Source: Snowella sp.
Lineage (GTDB): Bacteria; Cyanobacteriota; Cyanobacteriia; Cyanobacteriales; Microcystaceae
Direction of reading: 5' to 3'
Assembly: GCA_035285545.1 (NCBI GenBank)
Contig: JAYKGY010000074.1
Coordinates: 1 to 30,038 of the forward strand
Length of the DNA stretch: 30,038 bases
Shown here: in pieces, positions 9,549 to 19,687 of the stretch
How the letters are laid out: each line of letters starts with the position of its first letter
Numbering within the stretch: position 1 is the first letter of the stretch
Made by a program: the position numbers and the translations under genes
Notes under the pieces: generated by a model
Database searches by the model: none
What the model was told of the DNA's origin: nothing
Seen by the model: only the letters and a program-made list of their open reading frames with translations

Positions 9549-10241
9549 ATGAGATCAAACTATTGGTATGGCAGGCTATCTCGACATTGGCAACGGTTTC
9601 TCAATAATCCCTATTCCCATTTACTTTGGTCGTTAATTCTGCTTTTTGTATCCTTTGCTGTATTGGATAGTAATAGTCAGTGGCAACAAATTAGCTTGAT
9701 GTCTATCTTTTTTGTCACCGTTTTATTTGTGATTGAAACTTTTAAATTACCTAAAAAATTCATTACTCCATTTCGAGCGATCGCGGCTTTAGGATATCTG
9801 TTTAATTTGCTAGGTATCATGAGAGACATTGAGCAACGCAGTCTCTTTTATCTGTTAGGTGAATCTATTCAATTAATTTTCATGGGGATATCGGTCGTCC
9901 TCATTATTAAACGAATTTTTGCTGATAATAATGTCACAGGAGATACGCTACGCGGAGGCATTAGTGCGTATTTAATGCTAGGTATTGTTTGGTATCAAAT
10001 CTATAATATTATTTTAAGTCTTAATCCCCAAGCTTTTAAAGAACAGCTCTCTTCCTATCAACTGTTTTATTTTAGTTTTGTGACCCTCACCACCGTCGGT
10101 TATGGTGATATATTGCCGGCCCATCGTACTACAATGATGATGTCCAATTTAGAAGCAATCATCGGGCAACTTTACCCCGCAATTATTATTGCCAAGTTGG
10201 TGAGCATTTATGTTGTTCAAAAACTAGAAGATCCCAAATAA
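9549..10241 (+). CDS. Potassium channel family protein (Ion_trans_2)
   Basis: YFSFVTLTTVGYGDI selectivity filter; several TM helices. Confidence 0.92.
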   Translation: MRSNYWYGRLSRHWQRFLNNPYSHLLWSLILLFVSFAVLDSNSQWQQISLMSIFFVTVLFVIETFKLPKKFITPFRAIAALGYLFNLLGIMRDIEQRSLFYLLGESIQLIFMGISVVLIIKRIFADNNVTGDTLRGGISAYLMLGIVWYQIYNIILSLNPQAFKEQLSSYQLFYFSFVTLTTVGYGDILPAHRTTMMMSNLEAIIGQLYPAIIIAKLVSIYVVQKLEDPK

Positions 10242-10273
10242 GATCGTTTTACGTTTGAATAGGGATTATCAAT

Positions 10274-10855
10274 TTATGAAAGATGAAAATTAAACGGCGA
10301 TCGCGCTAATTTTTCTAAACCGATCATTAATGCCGAAATACTTCCTGCAACTTGAATATTTCCTGAAAAAATCTGAGCTTTAACCTCCGTTAACGGAATT
10401 AAAATGACTTCTATCTCTTCCGTAATATCTAGCTCTTGTTGACCTGTCGAGACAACATCGGGAGCAATAAAAATGTGAATTAACGTCTTGTCTTTAACCG
10501 GATTATCGTAAATTTGAGCCAGGGGAATTAAGGTTGAAGCTTGATAACCCGTTTCTTCCTTTAATTCTCGATAGGCAGCATCAATGCTTTTTTCCTGGTG
10601 CGGATCAAACGTACCCGCCGGTAATTCCATGAGAATTTCTTCAACACCATGACGATATTGACGAACGAATACCACCTCTTGATTTTGAGTAATGGGTAAA
10701 ATTAATACAATTTCAGGACGAAGATTGACAAAATAATCATCAATAATGACCCCACTGGGTAACTGAACTCGATCCTGTTTCACACGGCACCATTGATTGT
10801 CAATAACTAATTTTGATTCTAGAATTTTCCACTTTTTTAACTTTGATGGAGTCAT
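10274..10855 (-). CDS. NUDIX hydrolase (ADP-ribose pyrophosphatase-like)
   Basis: RQYRH...ELPAG......SIDAAYRELKEETGY Nudix box. ATG 10855 assumed (alternatives 10864, 10876). Confidence 0.92.
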   Translation of the reverse strand: MTPSKLKKWKILESKLVIDNQWCRVKQDRVQLPSGVIIDDYFVNLRPEIVLILPITQNQEVVFVRQYRHGVEEILMELPAGTFDPHQEKSIDAAYRELKEETGYQASTLIPLAQIYDNPVKDKTLIHIFIAPDVVSTGQQELDITEEIEVILIPLTEVKAQIFSGNIQVAGSISALMIGLEKLARSPFNFHLS

Positions 10856-11058
10856 TTTGATCATAAGCGGTGACAAATAAAATAGGGCAGTCTAATGATT
10901 ACTGTTATTAGATTAACAAGAGATTAACCCCATTATGCTTAAAAATTTTCTTTCTTTTTAAGTTAAAGTTTTGATCAGTTTCCGTTTCGCTATAATTTAA
11001 AATAATTTAAATAACGGCTATTCATCCTGATTCCGCTTCAATCGCACATTATTTCCCC

Positions 11059-12411
11059 ATGAACACGATTCCGTCAATCACAAACGACTGGAAAGAACTC
11101 CGTCGAGGATTTTTTCGGTTAGCTGTTATTAATATTTTGTCTAATTTGATGGTGCCACTATCGGGATTTATTAATATCGCTTTTTTAGGCCATTTAGTTG
11201 AAGTTCGACACTTAGCTGGTGTAACTTTAGCTACCATTTTATTTAATTATTTATATCGTACCCTGGGATTTTTACGAATGAGTACGACTGGCGTGACGGC
11301 TCAAGCAGTGGGGAGAAAGGATACAGAAGCCATCCTTTTAGTGGGTTTAAGGAATGGATTATTTGCTTTATTACTCGGTCTTATTCTGTTAGTTTTCCAG
11401 TATCCGTTACAAACGATTGGGTTTTCCCTACTCAGTGCTACAGCGGAAGTGAAAGCGGCTGGCCAAGCCTATTACGATGCGCGAATTTGGGCGTTACCGG
11501 CAACACTATTAAATTTTGTGATTATTGGTTGGTTTTTAGGCCGTGCCCAAAGCGGAAAAGTTTTGCTGTTATCAATTATCGGGAACGGGATCAATATTTT
11601 GTTTGATTATTGCTTTATTATACGGTTAGGATGGCAAAGTCAAGGAGCCGGTTTCGCCACCGCATTAAGTCAATACGCCATGATGATGACAGGACTAATT
11701 TTATTAGCGCAAGAAATTGATTGGAAATTGGTTAAATCGGTTGCTCATCAGCTATTGGAACCTGCTGCTTTAATCGAAATTTTAACCTTGAATCGGGATA
11801 TTTTTATTCGGACATTGGCTTTTTTAACCACGTTTTCGTTATTTACCAATTTTAGTTCAGCAATTGACACAGAAGTCTTAGCAGAAAATGCTTTGATGTT
11901 ACAGGTTGTCACCTTAACGGTTTACTTAATTGATGGTTTAGCCTATGCAACAGAAAGTTTAGTGGGAATTTTAAAAGGAAAAGATGCTCAAGATGAGCTT
12001 TGGGCAATTCTCAAAGTTGCCACTCAAGTTAGTGTAATGACCGGATTAATAATCGCGATCGCGTTTGTTTTATTTCCCGATCAACTCTTTGGATTATTGA
12101 CCAATCATCATGAACTTTTAGATCGTTTAAAGTTTTACGTACCTTGGTTAATTCCGGTTTTGGGATTGGGTTCGGTTGCTTTTATGCTAGATGGCTATTT
12201 CTTAGGATTAGCAGAAGGTGTGATTTTACGAAATACGGCTTTGTTTGCGACCTTAATTGGCTTTTTACCCCTCGGAATTTGTGCCTGGCAATTACAAAAT
12301 CCCAGTTTATTATGGTTTGCCCTAGCCATTTTTATGGCCATTCGAGTTTTGGGGTTAAGTCTTTACCTTCCTAAGACGTTGCGAGACAATTTTCAAGGAA
12401 AAGAGGCGTGA
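11059..12411 (+). CDS. MATE family efflux transporter (DinF-like)
   Basis: NILSNLMVPL.G....AFLGHL, LGFLRMSTTG.TAQA.G, DIFIRT, DGLAYATE.LVG; about 12 TM segments. Confidence 0.92.
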   Translation: MNTIPSITNDWKELRRGFFRLAVINILSNLMVPLSGFINIAFLGHLVEVRHLAGVTLATILFNYLYRTLGFLRMSTTGVTAQAVGRKDTEAILLVGLRNGLFALLLGLILLVFQYPLQTIGFSLLSATAEVKAAGQAYYDARIWALPATLLNFVIIGWFLGRAQSGKVLLLSIIGNGINILFDYCFIIRLGWQSQGAGFATALSQYAMMMTGLILLAQEIDWKLVKSVAHQLLEPAALIEILTLNRDIFIRTLAFLTTFSLFTNFSSAIDTEVLAENALMLQVVTLTVYLIDGLAYATESLVGILKGKDAQDELWAILKVATQVSVMTGLIIAIAFVLFPDQLFGLLTNHHELLDRLKFYVPWLIPVLGLGSVAFMLDGYFLGLAEGVILRNTALFATLIGFLPLGICAWQLQNPSLLWFALAIFMAIRVLGLSLYLPKTLRDNFQGKEA

Positions 12412-12412
12412 T

Positions 12413-14395
12413 TTATCGTAAATAAATTAAAAGATTTAATCCTGGAACGGTTCGAGAAACTGTCCACAATAATAGCGAGACATAGAGAACCCCTAAAATC
12501 CATTGATACCATCCCAAAAAACTGACAATTCCGGGTAAATGTTCATCCCGTAAACGGATATCATTAAAACCAATTTTAATTAAATTATTGCAACTAAAAT
12601 CATAGTAGTTTAGCCAATTCCAATGACGTTCCCAATTCAAATAGGTATAACGTTCACGAAATAAGGGAAATTCTGGAATAATGGGTAATCGTACAATTAA
12701 AAGCCGTAGTTGTCGCATACTACCATCTTGAGTCAGATAGGAAGTCTTGAGTAAATCGTGATAACGACCTTGATAATATAAACGACCGATTAAAAATGCA
12801 GGAACCGGAATCAGTAATAGGACTAAGGCCAATAAAGTTAAATAAGGCGTTGTTGTTGAGGTAAAAATATTGGTTAAACCGACAATCATTAACCCGATAA
12901 AACTACTGCTGAGATAAATTGTTTCCTGTTGGTCGGGTAAGATGGGAAACGGATGCCAACGCCTCACGCGGTCTAGCAGCCAAAAAATGGCTCCAAAATA
13001 AGCAACGGTGATTATTCCAACTCCTAAAACTAATTTAACATTAGTGCCATAATTACTAAATAATAGTAAACCATTTAACATTAACCAATCATTGAATTGG
13101 GCTATCCAGTTAAAGAGCGATCGCGCATTTTTAGGAAGTTGTAAAAGGGATTGGGTTAACTGCTGAGACTTTAATTGTTGAGCCGTATATTCGACTTGAT
13201 TCGCATCTGGAATTTGCTCTAAATTCCGAAAGTTACGAACCAAACTGCGAATAACAGTTTCATTGTCTTCTAAGCTCGATAGGCTAATCACTTTACCGAT
13301 AATACTTTTATCTCCCAATAATTTTGCCTGATCCGAATCAAAGGCTAAACCCGATACATTAATCTGGGCTTTCGGAAAAAAGATGGCATTACTAAAGTCT
13401 AATTGACCCAATAATTTAACATCAGCAAAATCAATGCTATTATTGAATCGTACCGAACGAAAAGCTGCCGATTTCTCAAAAGTTGCGTTATTAAAATCTA
13501 AATTTTGGAAAAAATGACTCTGGGAAAAAAGAACGCGATCGCTCCAATGAACTTGCTCAAAATGGACATCTTTTAACCATTGAATATCTGTAAAATAAAC
13601 CAGTTGTAAAAATCTAGCCCCTTGAAAATTGGCTTCTGTCCAGAAGTGGCTGTCTTTAAAATCGGTGATTCCTTGAAACTTCGTTTGGCGAAATTTATTA
13701 GCCCCAAAAAGGGTTACTTGAGAAAAATCTAAATTATGCTTAAAAAGAGCTTGAGATAAATCTAAATCACGACCAAAACGAGCTTCTGTCCAGATACTAT
13801 CCTGACCAAATTTTGCATTTTTACCTTCAACACGCTGCAAAAAGAAAGTTTTAGAAAAGTCAGTTTTTCCTAAAAAAGAAACATTATTAAACTTTAATAA
13901 CCCCCGAAAAACATTCAGGGTCGTTGTTTGCTCTCCTAATTCAGAAACAAACGCCGGATCACTAGCCAAAAGCTGCTGCTCTGAGGCCATTAATTTTTGA
14001 GGGAAGGTTGTTTGGGAAAGCTGAACAGAAAACCCTAATTTATTAAGATTAAAATCGCCGCGAATCAAGCTATTAGTCAGATCTAAACCCAATGGTTTAA
14101 CTGAGCGATTGAGTTGGCTTTGTAATTGTTGATAAAATTGATCTCGAAATTCTACATTTTCAGGGGTTAAATCAATGTCTAAGTTTTGCAAGTCAATAAT
14201 TAAGGCACCATCATTTAAAACAGGATGGCTTAAACGTTCTTGTAATAAAATATCGGTTAAAATAGTTCTTTCAGATACTGCTAATGCAGGATGATTATTG
14301 AGTATCCAAAATAAAATAATTAGCAGACTTAAAATAAGCGATTTAATAAATTTAAGACTTTTATTGACGTGACTTAATCCTAGCAACCACAACAT
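12413..14395 (-). CDS. Pentapeptide-repeat protein with N-terminal signal/anchor and C-terminal multi-TM region
   Basis: Central (A/V)xF periodicity (ARFGRDLDLSQALFKHNLDFSQVTL...ANFQGARF...ATFEKSAAFRSVRF), then YGT and TM helices. Confidence 0.85.
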   Translation of the reverse strand: MLWLLGLSHVNKSLKFIKSLILSLLIILFWILNNHPALAVSERTILTDILLQERLSHPVLNDGALIIDLQNLDIDLTPENVEFRDQFYQQLQSQLNRSVKPLGLDLTNSLIRGDFNLNKLGFSVQLSQTTFPQKLMASEQQLLASDPAFVSELGEQTTTLNVFRGLLKFNNVSFLGKTDFSKTFFLQRVEGKNAKFGQDSIWTEARFGRDLDLSQALFKHNLDFSQVTLFGANKFRQTKFQGITDFKDSHFWTEANFQGARFLQLVYFTDIQWLKDVHFEQVHWSDRVLFSQSHFFQNLDFNNATFEKSAAFRSVRFNNSIDFADVKLLGQLDFSNAIFFPKAQINVSGLAFDSDQAKLLGDKSIIGKVISLSSLEDNETVIRSLVRNFRNLEQIPDANQVEYTAQQLKSQQLTQSLLQLPKNARSLFNWIAQFNDWLMLNGLLLFSNYGTNVKLVLGVGIITVAYFGAIFWLLDRVRRWHPFPILPDQQETIYLSSSFIGLMIVGLTNIFTSTTTPYLTLLALVLLLIPVPAFLIGRLYYQGRYHDLLKTSYLTQDGSMRQLRLLIVRLPIIPEFPLFRERYTYLNWERHWNWLNYYDFSCNNLIKIGFNDIRLRDEHLPGIVSFLGWYQWILGVLYVSLLLWTVSRTVPGLNLLIYLR

Positions 14396-14475
14396 ATTTA
14401 GGGTTTACAATAATATTATTTTCAACGATGAAACTTACTTTGTCAGATTTTAAGTTTCAATACCTATTAACAAAA

Positions 14476-15231
14476 TTAAGGAGACGGTTGAGGAGAAATA
14501 GTACTTTGTTGCTGTAATCTCTGTAGGGCTTGTTCTAATTGATTAATTTGGGATTGTAACCGATTAAATTGCTCTTGATTACTTTGAGATTGACGATTTT
14601 CAAGGGCAGCAATGTCTTTTTTTAACTGCTCTTGAGTTTGTTTAAGGGTTAAAATTTCTCCATTGAATTGTTTTTCAATGGCTTCAATTCTATCGCGTTT
14701 TTGGATCACATACGGCAGTCCACCTTGCCAAAATAATACGCCTAAAACTCCCGCGATCGCGGCTCCTGTAAATAAAGCTAAACCGATTAACCCCTGCTTG
14801 CGTCGGATTTTCCACTGAGTTAGGTTATTCAAGACGTTTAATGCAGCTTGGGAATCGGGTTGCACCATCAAACATTGACGGACTCGGAGTTTCACTTGCT
14901 CTTCATCTTCCCGTTGATGCTTCAGTTGCCAACGGCCTAAATGGGCTTGGGAGAGGGCGAGGAGCATATCCACATTGCCTGGGTTGAACGCGATCGCCTC
15001 TTGCAATTCCTCAATGGCATCATCCCAATACTTCAGACCGGCATAACCCTGAGCGCGGACAAAATGGTCTTGAGCTTGTTTTTGGGCGAGTTGCAATTCT
15101 TCCGGGCCAATTCCTAAATCCGTCGCGATTTTTTCCAGTTCTTCGGCACTGGGAATACGATTAGTCGATTGACTTAATTCCGTAACTCGTTGAATATAGT
15201 TATCAATAACCCCGCTTGGCAGAAAAGACAT
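14476..15231 (-). CDS. TPR-containing membrane protein with C-terminal coiled coil
   Basis: WDDAIEELQEAIAFNP TPR-like helix pair, one TM segment, Gln-rich coiled coil. ATG 15231 or TTG 15246. Confidence 0.75.
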   Translation of the reverse strand: MSFLPSGVIDNYIQRVTELSQSTNRIPSAEELEKIATDLGIGPEELQLAQKQAQDHFVRAQGYAGLKYWDDAIEELQEAIAFNPGNVDMLLALSQAHLGRWQLKHQREDEEQVKLRVRQCLMVQPDSQAALNVLNNLTQWKIRRKQGLIGLALFTGAAIAGVLGVLFWQGGLPYVIQKRDRIEAIEKQFNGEILTLKQTQEQLKKDIAALENRQSQSNQEQFNRLQSQINQLEQALQRLQQQSTISPQPSP

Positions 15232-15371
15232 ACTTAAACGCTGCAATTATTCGGTTATCTGGATAAATTTTTATTTTATCCCAAGTTTTCAATATCACCT
15301 AGCTTCATCGCCGAGAGTTTATTGGAAATCTGTAGAATTGCTAAAAAATTTAAATGAGTTTTATAGAAGAA

Positions 15372-15731
15372 TTAGGCCTGATTAATTTCAATCACATTAC
15401 CATCGGGATCACGGGTAAATAATGCAGGACGAGACGTGCTAATTTCCAAAGGATAATCAAAGGCTTTTAATCGCTCAATAGCTTGATTTAAATCTTTAAC
15501 CGCAAAAGCAATATGGGGATTTCGTCCTACTTTTTCGGGATTACTTAAGGGTTGCTTGAAGTCAGGATGCTCCATTAAATGAATTTGGTAATTACCGACT
15601 TGATACCAAATGCCAGGATATTTTAAGTTGCGTTCAACTTTGGTTAAGCCTAAAACTTCACTATAAAATTTCTCTGATTGAGCAACGTCACTAATTAAAA
15701 TTGCCGTATGTAGGTAATTTATGATTTCCAT
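15372..15731 (-). CDS. VOC / glyoxalase family protein
   Basis: LHTAILISD...SEKFY.EVLGL, QIHL, GRNPHIAF.V, LFTRDPDGNVIE. Confidence 0.92.
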   Translation of the reverse strand: MEIINYLHTAILISDVAQSEKFYSEVLGLTKVERNLKYPGIWYQVGNYQIHLMEHPDFKQPLSNPEKVGRNPHIAFAVKDLNQAIERLKAFDYPLEISTSRPALFTRDPDGNVIEINQA

Positions 15732-15733
15732 GA

Positions 15734-15810
15734 TAGTTAATAGTTAATAGTTAATAGTTAATAGTTAATAGTTGATAGTTGATAGTTAATAGTTAATAGT
15801 TGATAGTTAA
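15734..15810. repeat. Heptamer tandem repeat (STRR-like), 11 units TAGTT(A/G)A
   Basis: 8 x TAGTTAA and 3 x TAGTTGA, contiguous. Confidence 0.95.
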
Positions 15811-15821
15811 TTTGTATTCAA

Positions 15822-16541
15822 TTATTTTTGGCTACGATACCAACGAGCTAAAATGTTGGGGTCTATTTTGAAGTAATAGCCGATAATCATCATTTGATTA
15901 ATTAAGGTGGTTTTAAAAATTCCCAATTTTTGCCAACGCCGACTAGAGGTTAATATCTTGGCCGCAGCAATTTGTATTTTACCCCGTTTTTTTAGCCGTT
16001 GAACGAACTCGTAATCCTCCATAATCGGTAATTTGGCAAATCCACCCATTTTCCGAAACGTTTCGGCTTTTAAAAATAAGGCTTGGTCACCGTAGGGCAA
16101 AGAACAAAACCGCGATCGCCAATTGACTAAAGTTTCTAGCAAACGAAACGACCAGCCCGAAGCGTCAATTCCTAATGAAAATGCTCCCGCGATCGCCGTC
16201 GGTAACGATAATTGGTTTTCGATCACACTTAAATAATTAGGAGGTAATTGGCTGTCTAAATGCAGGAAACAAAGTATTTCTCCGGTTGCAATAGACGCGC
16301 CATAGTTTAATTGATTTCCCCGACCTTTATGGGGAGAGATCACTACTTTTACCGGAAATTGTTGTGCTAATAGGACTGTTTGATCGATACTTTGTCCGTC
16401 TACAACAATAATTTCTATTTGGGGGTGAGATTGAATCTTTGATAAATAAGTTTCAACAATACTTTGTTCGTTAAAGACGGGAATAATAATGCTTAATTTA
16501 ATCGGAAAAGAATTAATCAAAGGGATAACTATCGATAACAA
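15822..16541 (-). CDS. GT2 glycosyltransferase, TIGR04283-like
   Basis: SIIIPVFNE, EIIVVDG.S.D.T, GRG.QLN.GA, FLHLDS, LPYGDQALF, GGF..LPIMEDYE, TSSRRW. Confidence 0.9.
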   Translation of the reverse strand: MLSIVIPLINSFPIKLSIIIPVFNEQSIVETYLSKIQSHPQIEIIVVDGQSIDQTVLLAQQFPVKVVISPHKGRGNQLNYGASIATGEILCFLHLDSQLPPNYLSVIENQLSLPTAIAGAFSLGIDASGWSFRLLETLVNWRSRFCSLPYGDQALFLKAETFRKMGGFAKLPIMEDYEFVQRLKKRGKIQIAAAKILTSSRRWQKLGIFKTTLINQMMIIGYYFKIDPNILARWYRSQK

Positions 16542-16550
16542 CCAATATTG

Positions 16551-16625
16551 GTAGGGGCATAATATATTATGTCCTTACGGTGCGGAATTGAACAAAAAAA
16601 TAGGGCGCACGCGATACACCCCTAC
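16551..16625. repeat. Inverted pair of GTAG-type REP elements (REPIN-like doublet)
   Basis: GTAGGGGCATAATATATTATGTCCTTAC (16551-16578) and, on the - strand, GTAGGGGTGTATCGCGTGCGCCCT (16625-16602). Confidence 0.7.
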
Positions 16626-16655
16626 AAAGTCTTTCGGGTTAAAGATTGAAAATAG

Positions 16656-17669
16656 TTAGCGATCTTGAAACCCTGCTAATAGGGCTATAACCCCTAAACT
16701 GGTTAATCCGGTTAATGTTCCCCATTTAATAGCAGGATGCCAATCAAACCAATCTAATAAGCTAGGAATAGTTAAATGATCAAAGTCGCCCCTGGATTGG
16801 CTGTAACCTTCAATGGGTTTAAAGACATTATTAGGATCGTCAACGGATTTGAGTTTATTGGTGCGTTGACCTTCAAAGCCAATGATATTTAACAAAGCAT
16901 CTGCCAATTCTGGGGAAAGTCTTTGAATAGCGTCTAGTATCCTTCCTACATCGCCCACAATGATATCGCGAGTTGGATTTTCAGCGACATGCAGGATGGT
17001 TTCAGCCACCAGTGTTGGTTGATAGTAGGGCGGAATTCCCGTCGGTTGAACCCCCAATTTGGTCATGGCTTTGTTATAAAACGGTGTATTAATTACCGCA
17101 GGCATCACGTTAGTCACGCTAATGGGTACGCCTTCGTGTTGCAGTTCTACCCGTAATGAATCCAGAAAGCCTTCAATGCCATGTTTAGAAGCTGCGTAGG
17201 AACTCTGCAACGGTAGCGATCGCCGAGCTTCGACAGAAGACACATGAATCAAAGCCCCCCGCCCTTCTACTCTGAGATAGGGTAAGGCAGCCATTGCCCC
17301 ATAAACTTGACCCATGAGGTTAACGTCGATAACTCGTTTAAATTCTTCCGGTTTAACCTGTTCAAAGGGGGAAATAATGGCCGTTGCTGCGGTATGCACC
17401 CAGGTGTCTAAACGTCCGTAATGTTCAACGGTTTTATCGGCAATTCGTTGTACCTGTTTAAATTCCGAGACATCTGCCACAACCGCGATCGCGTCTCCTC
17501 CCATCTGGGTAATTTCCTGAACCAAGGATTCCAAGGCGGATTCCGTTCTAGCTGCGACGACTAATTTTGCTTTTCGCCTCGCAAACTGGAGGGCGGTTTC
17601 CCGTCCAATGCCGCTAGAGGCTCCGACAATGGCAACGACTTGTTGTTCAATGGGTTTTAGTTTGATCAT
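16656..17669 (-). CDS. SDR family oxidoreductase with C-terminal hydrophobic tail
   Basis: GASSGIG Rossmann motif, catalytic S...YAASK. Confidence 0.93.
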   Translation of the reverse strand: MIKLKPIEQQVVAIVGASSGIGRETALQFARRKAKLVVAARTESALESLVQEITQMGGDAIAVVADVSEFKQVQRIADKTVEHYGRLDTWVHTAATAIISPFEQVKPEEFKRVIDVNLMGQVYGAMAALPYLRVEGRGALIHVSSVEARRSLPLQSSYAASKHGIEGFLDSLRVELQHEGVPISVTNVMPAVINTPFYNKAMTKLGVQPTGIPPYYQPTLVAETILHVAENPTRDIIVGDVGRILDAIQRLSPELADALLNIIGFEGQRTNKLKSVDDPNNVFKPIEGYSQSRGDFDHLTIPSLLDWFDWHPAIKWGTLTGLTSLGVIALLAGFQDR

Positions 17670-17697
17670 GATTAAAAGCTCGCTGTTTTTTCAATGC

Positions 17698-18474
17698 TTA
17701 TAAAACGGTCATCACCTTAAGAAATTCTTCCGATAAATCCATCTGATTCGGATGTTTTTGCTGGAATAGCACCCCTGCTAGAAAATAAATATGGTTAGAG
17801 TAAAAAGCTTTGCCTTTCTCTCGTAGAGTCATAATCGTTTTTTGTACCTTGGGTTCGCGGCTGTAGTAACCAAAGGGCAAGGGAGAAAGCAGAAAATCCA
17901 CCACTTGATAACCGGCGGCGATCGCGTGTTCAACCGTTTCAATGGGATTGGAATAGGCAGAAATCATTAACATGGCTTTATTACATCCCATACTTAATAA
18001 TTTCTTGGTAATACTCGCTCCATCCCTTCCCCCATGCAACGCAGGCATATATAAATCGTCATCAGGTGCGGGCAGATAGGGCGGATTGGCAATCAAATAG
18101 TCTGCACAACGGGGAGCCGCCTCAAAAAAACATTGATTATGGATCTGGTAATGGGGGATTAGCCCATACTGTTCAATACGAGAACGGGCAACCTGCGCGG
18201 CGGATAGATTCAATTCGTAGCCATGCACGATGCCTAAACTGAGACTTTTCAGTAATGCGCTGATCACCGGACTGCCATCCCCTGCCCCAAACTCAATGAC
18301 CTTTGAACCTGGATCACATTGGCTAAAAACCATCTTTTCCAAGCATTGAGCATAAAATTGGGATTCTTCAGGACAGAAAAAAAAGTCATGGGGAGAAGGT
18401 AATTTGAGATTTTGGGAATTTACCTGACCAGAAACTGAAGAAACAGGCGGACTGGTGAGCAACGTGTCTTGCAT
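17698..18474 (-). CDS. Class I SAM-dependent methyltransferase (HemK/PrmC-like NPPY type)
   Basis: EFGAGDG motif I, ANPPYLP motif IV, GGRDG. Confidence 0.88.
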   Translation of the reverse strand: MQDTLLTSPPVSSVSGQVNSQNLKLPSPHDFFFCPEESQFYAQCLEKMVFSQCDPGSKVIEFGAGDGSPVISALLKSLSLGIVHGYELNLSAAQVARSRIEQYGLIPHYQIHNQCFFEAAPRCADYLIANPPYLPAPDDDLYMPALHGGRDGASITKKLLSMGCNKAMLMISAYSNPIETVEHAIAAGYQVVDFLLSPLPFGYYSREPKVQKTIMTLREKGKAFYSNHIYFLAGVLFQQKHPNQMDLSEEFLKVMTVL

Positions 18475-18526
18475 GGTTTGAAATAGGTTAAGAAATTGGG
18501 TTTAAAAAATTAGATTGAAAAAAATT

Positions 18527-19687
18527 TTAAGAAACGGGATTATTTCCCTGTTCAGCCGCTTTGACCGCTTGGATGATGGCAGCCCCAGCGCGATCGCCCA
18601 TAAATTTTTCTTGGTCATAACCGAGAACGAGTTCCCAAGCATCGTCAGGATAAAGATCCGCTAGGGGAAAGGCCACTCCGGTTAACATCCATTGGCCGTG
18701 CCGTTCATCTTCGCGAATATGCAAATCCCAATAGCCCCGTGCTTTTTCCGACAGTCCCAAACGCTCTGCGGCCAGGCGATAGTCGGTATAAATCGAAGGC
18801 CCAACAATTTCAAAGTAAGTTAATCCGCCGTTATAGCGCAGAAAATAGCGTTTCCGTTCGGTTAATAAAAAATTGTGATTAATCGAGGCGAGCAATTGCC
18901 AAGGGGCAAACTCAAAGTAATATTCAGGAGTCGTGTTTAAGCCCAGTTCCGCCATCATTTGGGCGAAGAACGTAGAATGTTTGCGGGATAAACGCCCATT
19001 TCCGTATTCTTCCAACAGCACCCGAATTAAAGTGGCTTGGATCTCGTTGCAAGCTCCCCCCAAAATCCGCGACATCCGACTAGCTTCTACCAATCCATCC
19101 AAAGACGCGATCGCCAACAGTTGTTTGTAACCGTCAACCGTCATTTGCTCCCGTAAGTAACGTTTATTGGGGGTTAAGGTCGGATTGAGATCGGCTTCGG
19201 CTCGTTGTTGTAACGCCCGTTTAATGGCATTAACGGTGAGAACTTGGACATTATCTAAATAATTTTCTCCCAGGTGGGGCAATTCCCACGCTTGCCAAGG
19301 AATTTCGATGCGATCGCGCACTTGTTGCAGATAATAGGAACGCTCATTTTGATAATGCTTCAAATTATCGTACCAAAACAGATTCAGCCGATTAATGCGA
19401 TATAACAGCCGTTGCAAAAACAAATGGGCTGCTTCTTGTTCGACATTTTGCGATGTGCTGGTTTTATTACCATAGGCTTGATCTAAGGCTACGGCGATCG
19501 CGGTTTCTAGCGGTTCAACACGTTGAGGTTGGGCTTGAATATGGGTATCTAAATCCTCGGTTTGCAAGAGTTGCAGGAAAAGCTGTTCGGCTTCTGAGTA
19601 ATTTGGATTTTCAGATTTCGAGAAAATCGTTCGGGCATGAGGAAACGTTTCCGTAGGTTTGCGATCAAGACTGAGGGCAACCGTCAT
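18527..19687 (-). CDS. Iron-containing redox enzyme family protein (heme-oxygenase-like diiron oxidase, HDO)
   Basis: DGLVEA, LLEEYGNG...HSTFF, FE, YWDLHIREDERH iron-ligand-like motifs. ATG 19687 preferred over TTG 19735. Confidence 0.88.
   Translation of the reverse strand: MTVALSLDRKPTETFPHARTIFSKSENPNYSEAEQLFLQLLQTEDLDTHIQAQPQRVEPLETAIAVALDQAYGNKTSTSQNVEQEAAHLFLQRLLYRINRLNLFWYDNLKHYQNERSYYLQQVRDRIEIPWQAWELPHLGENYLDNVQVLTVNAIKRALQQRAEADLNPTLTPNKRYLREQMTVDGYKQLLAIASLDGLVEASRMSRILGGACNEIQATLIRVLLEEYGNGRLSRKHSTFFAQMMAELGLNTTPEYYFEFAPWQLLASINHNFLLTERKRYFLRYNGGLTYFEIVGPSIYTDYRLAAERLGLSEKARGYWDLHIREDERHGQWMLTGVAFPLADLYPDDAWELVLGYDQEKFMGDRAGAAIIQAVKAAEQGNNPVS

Noticed and set aside
15734..15810. 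CRISPR array
   Set aside because: Contiguous 7-mers with no spacers and no cas genes.
15372..18474. Arsenosugar biosynthesis cluster around the TIGR04283-like glycosyltransferase
   Set aside because: There is no ArsS radical SAM gene, the methyltransferase is NPPY/HemK-type rather than ArsM, and a REP doublet separates the units.
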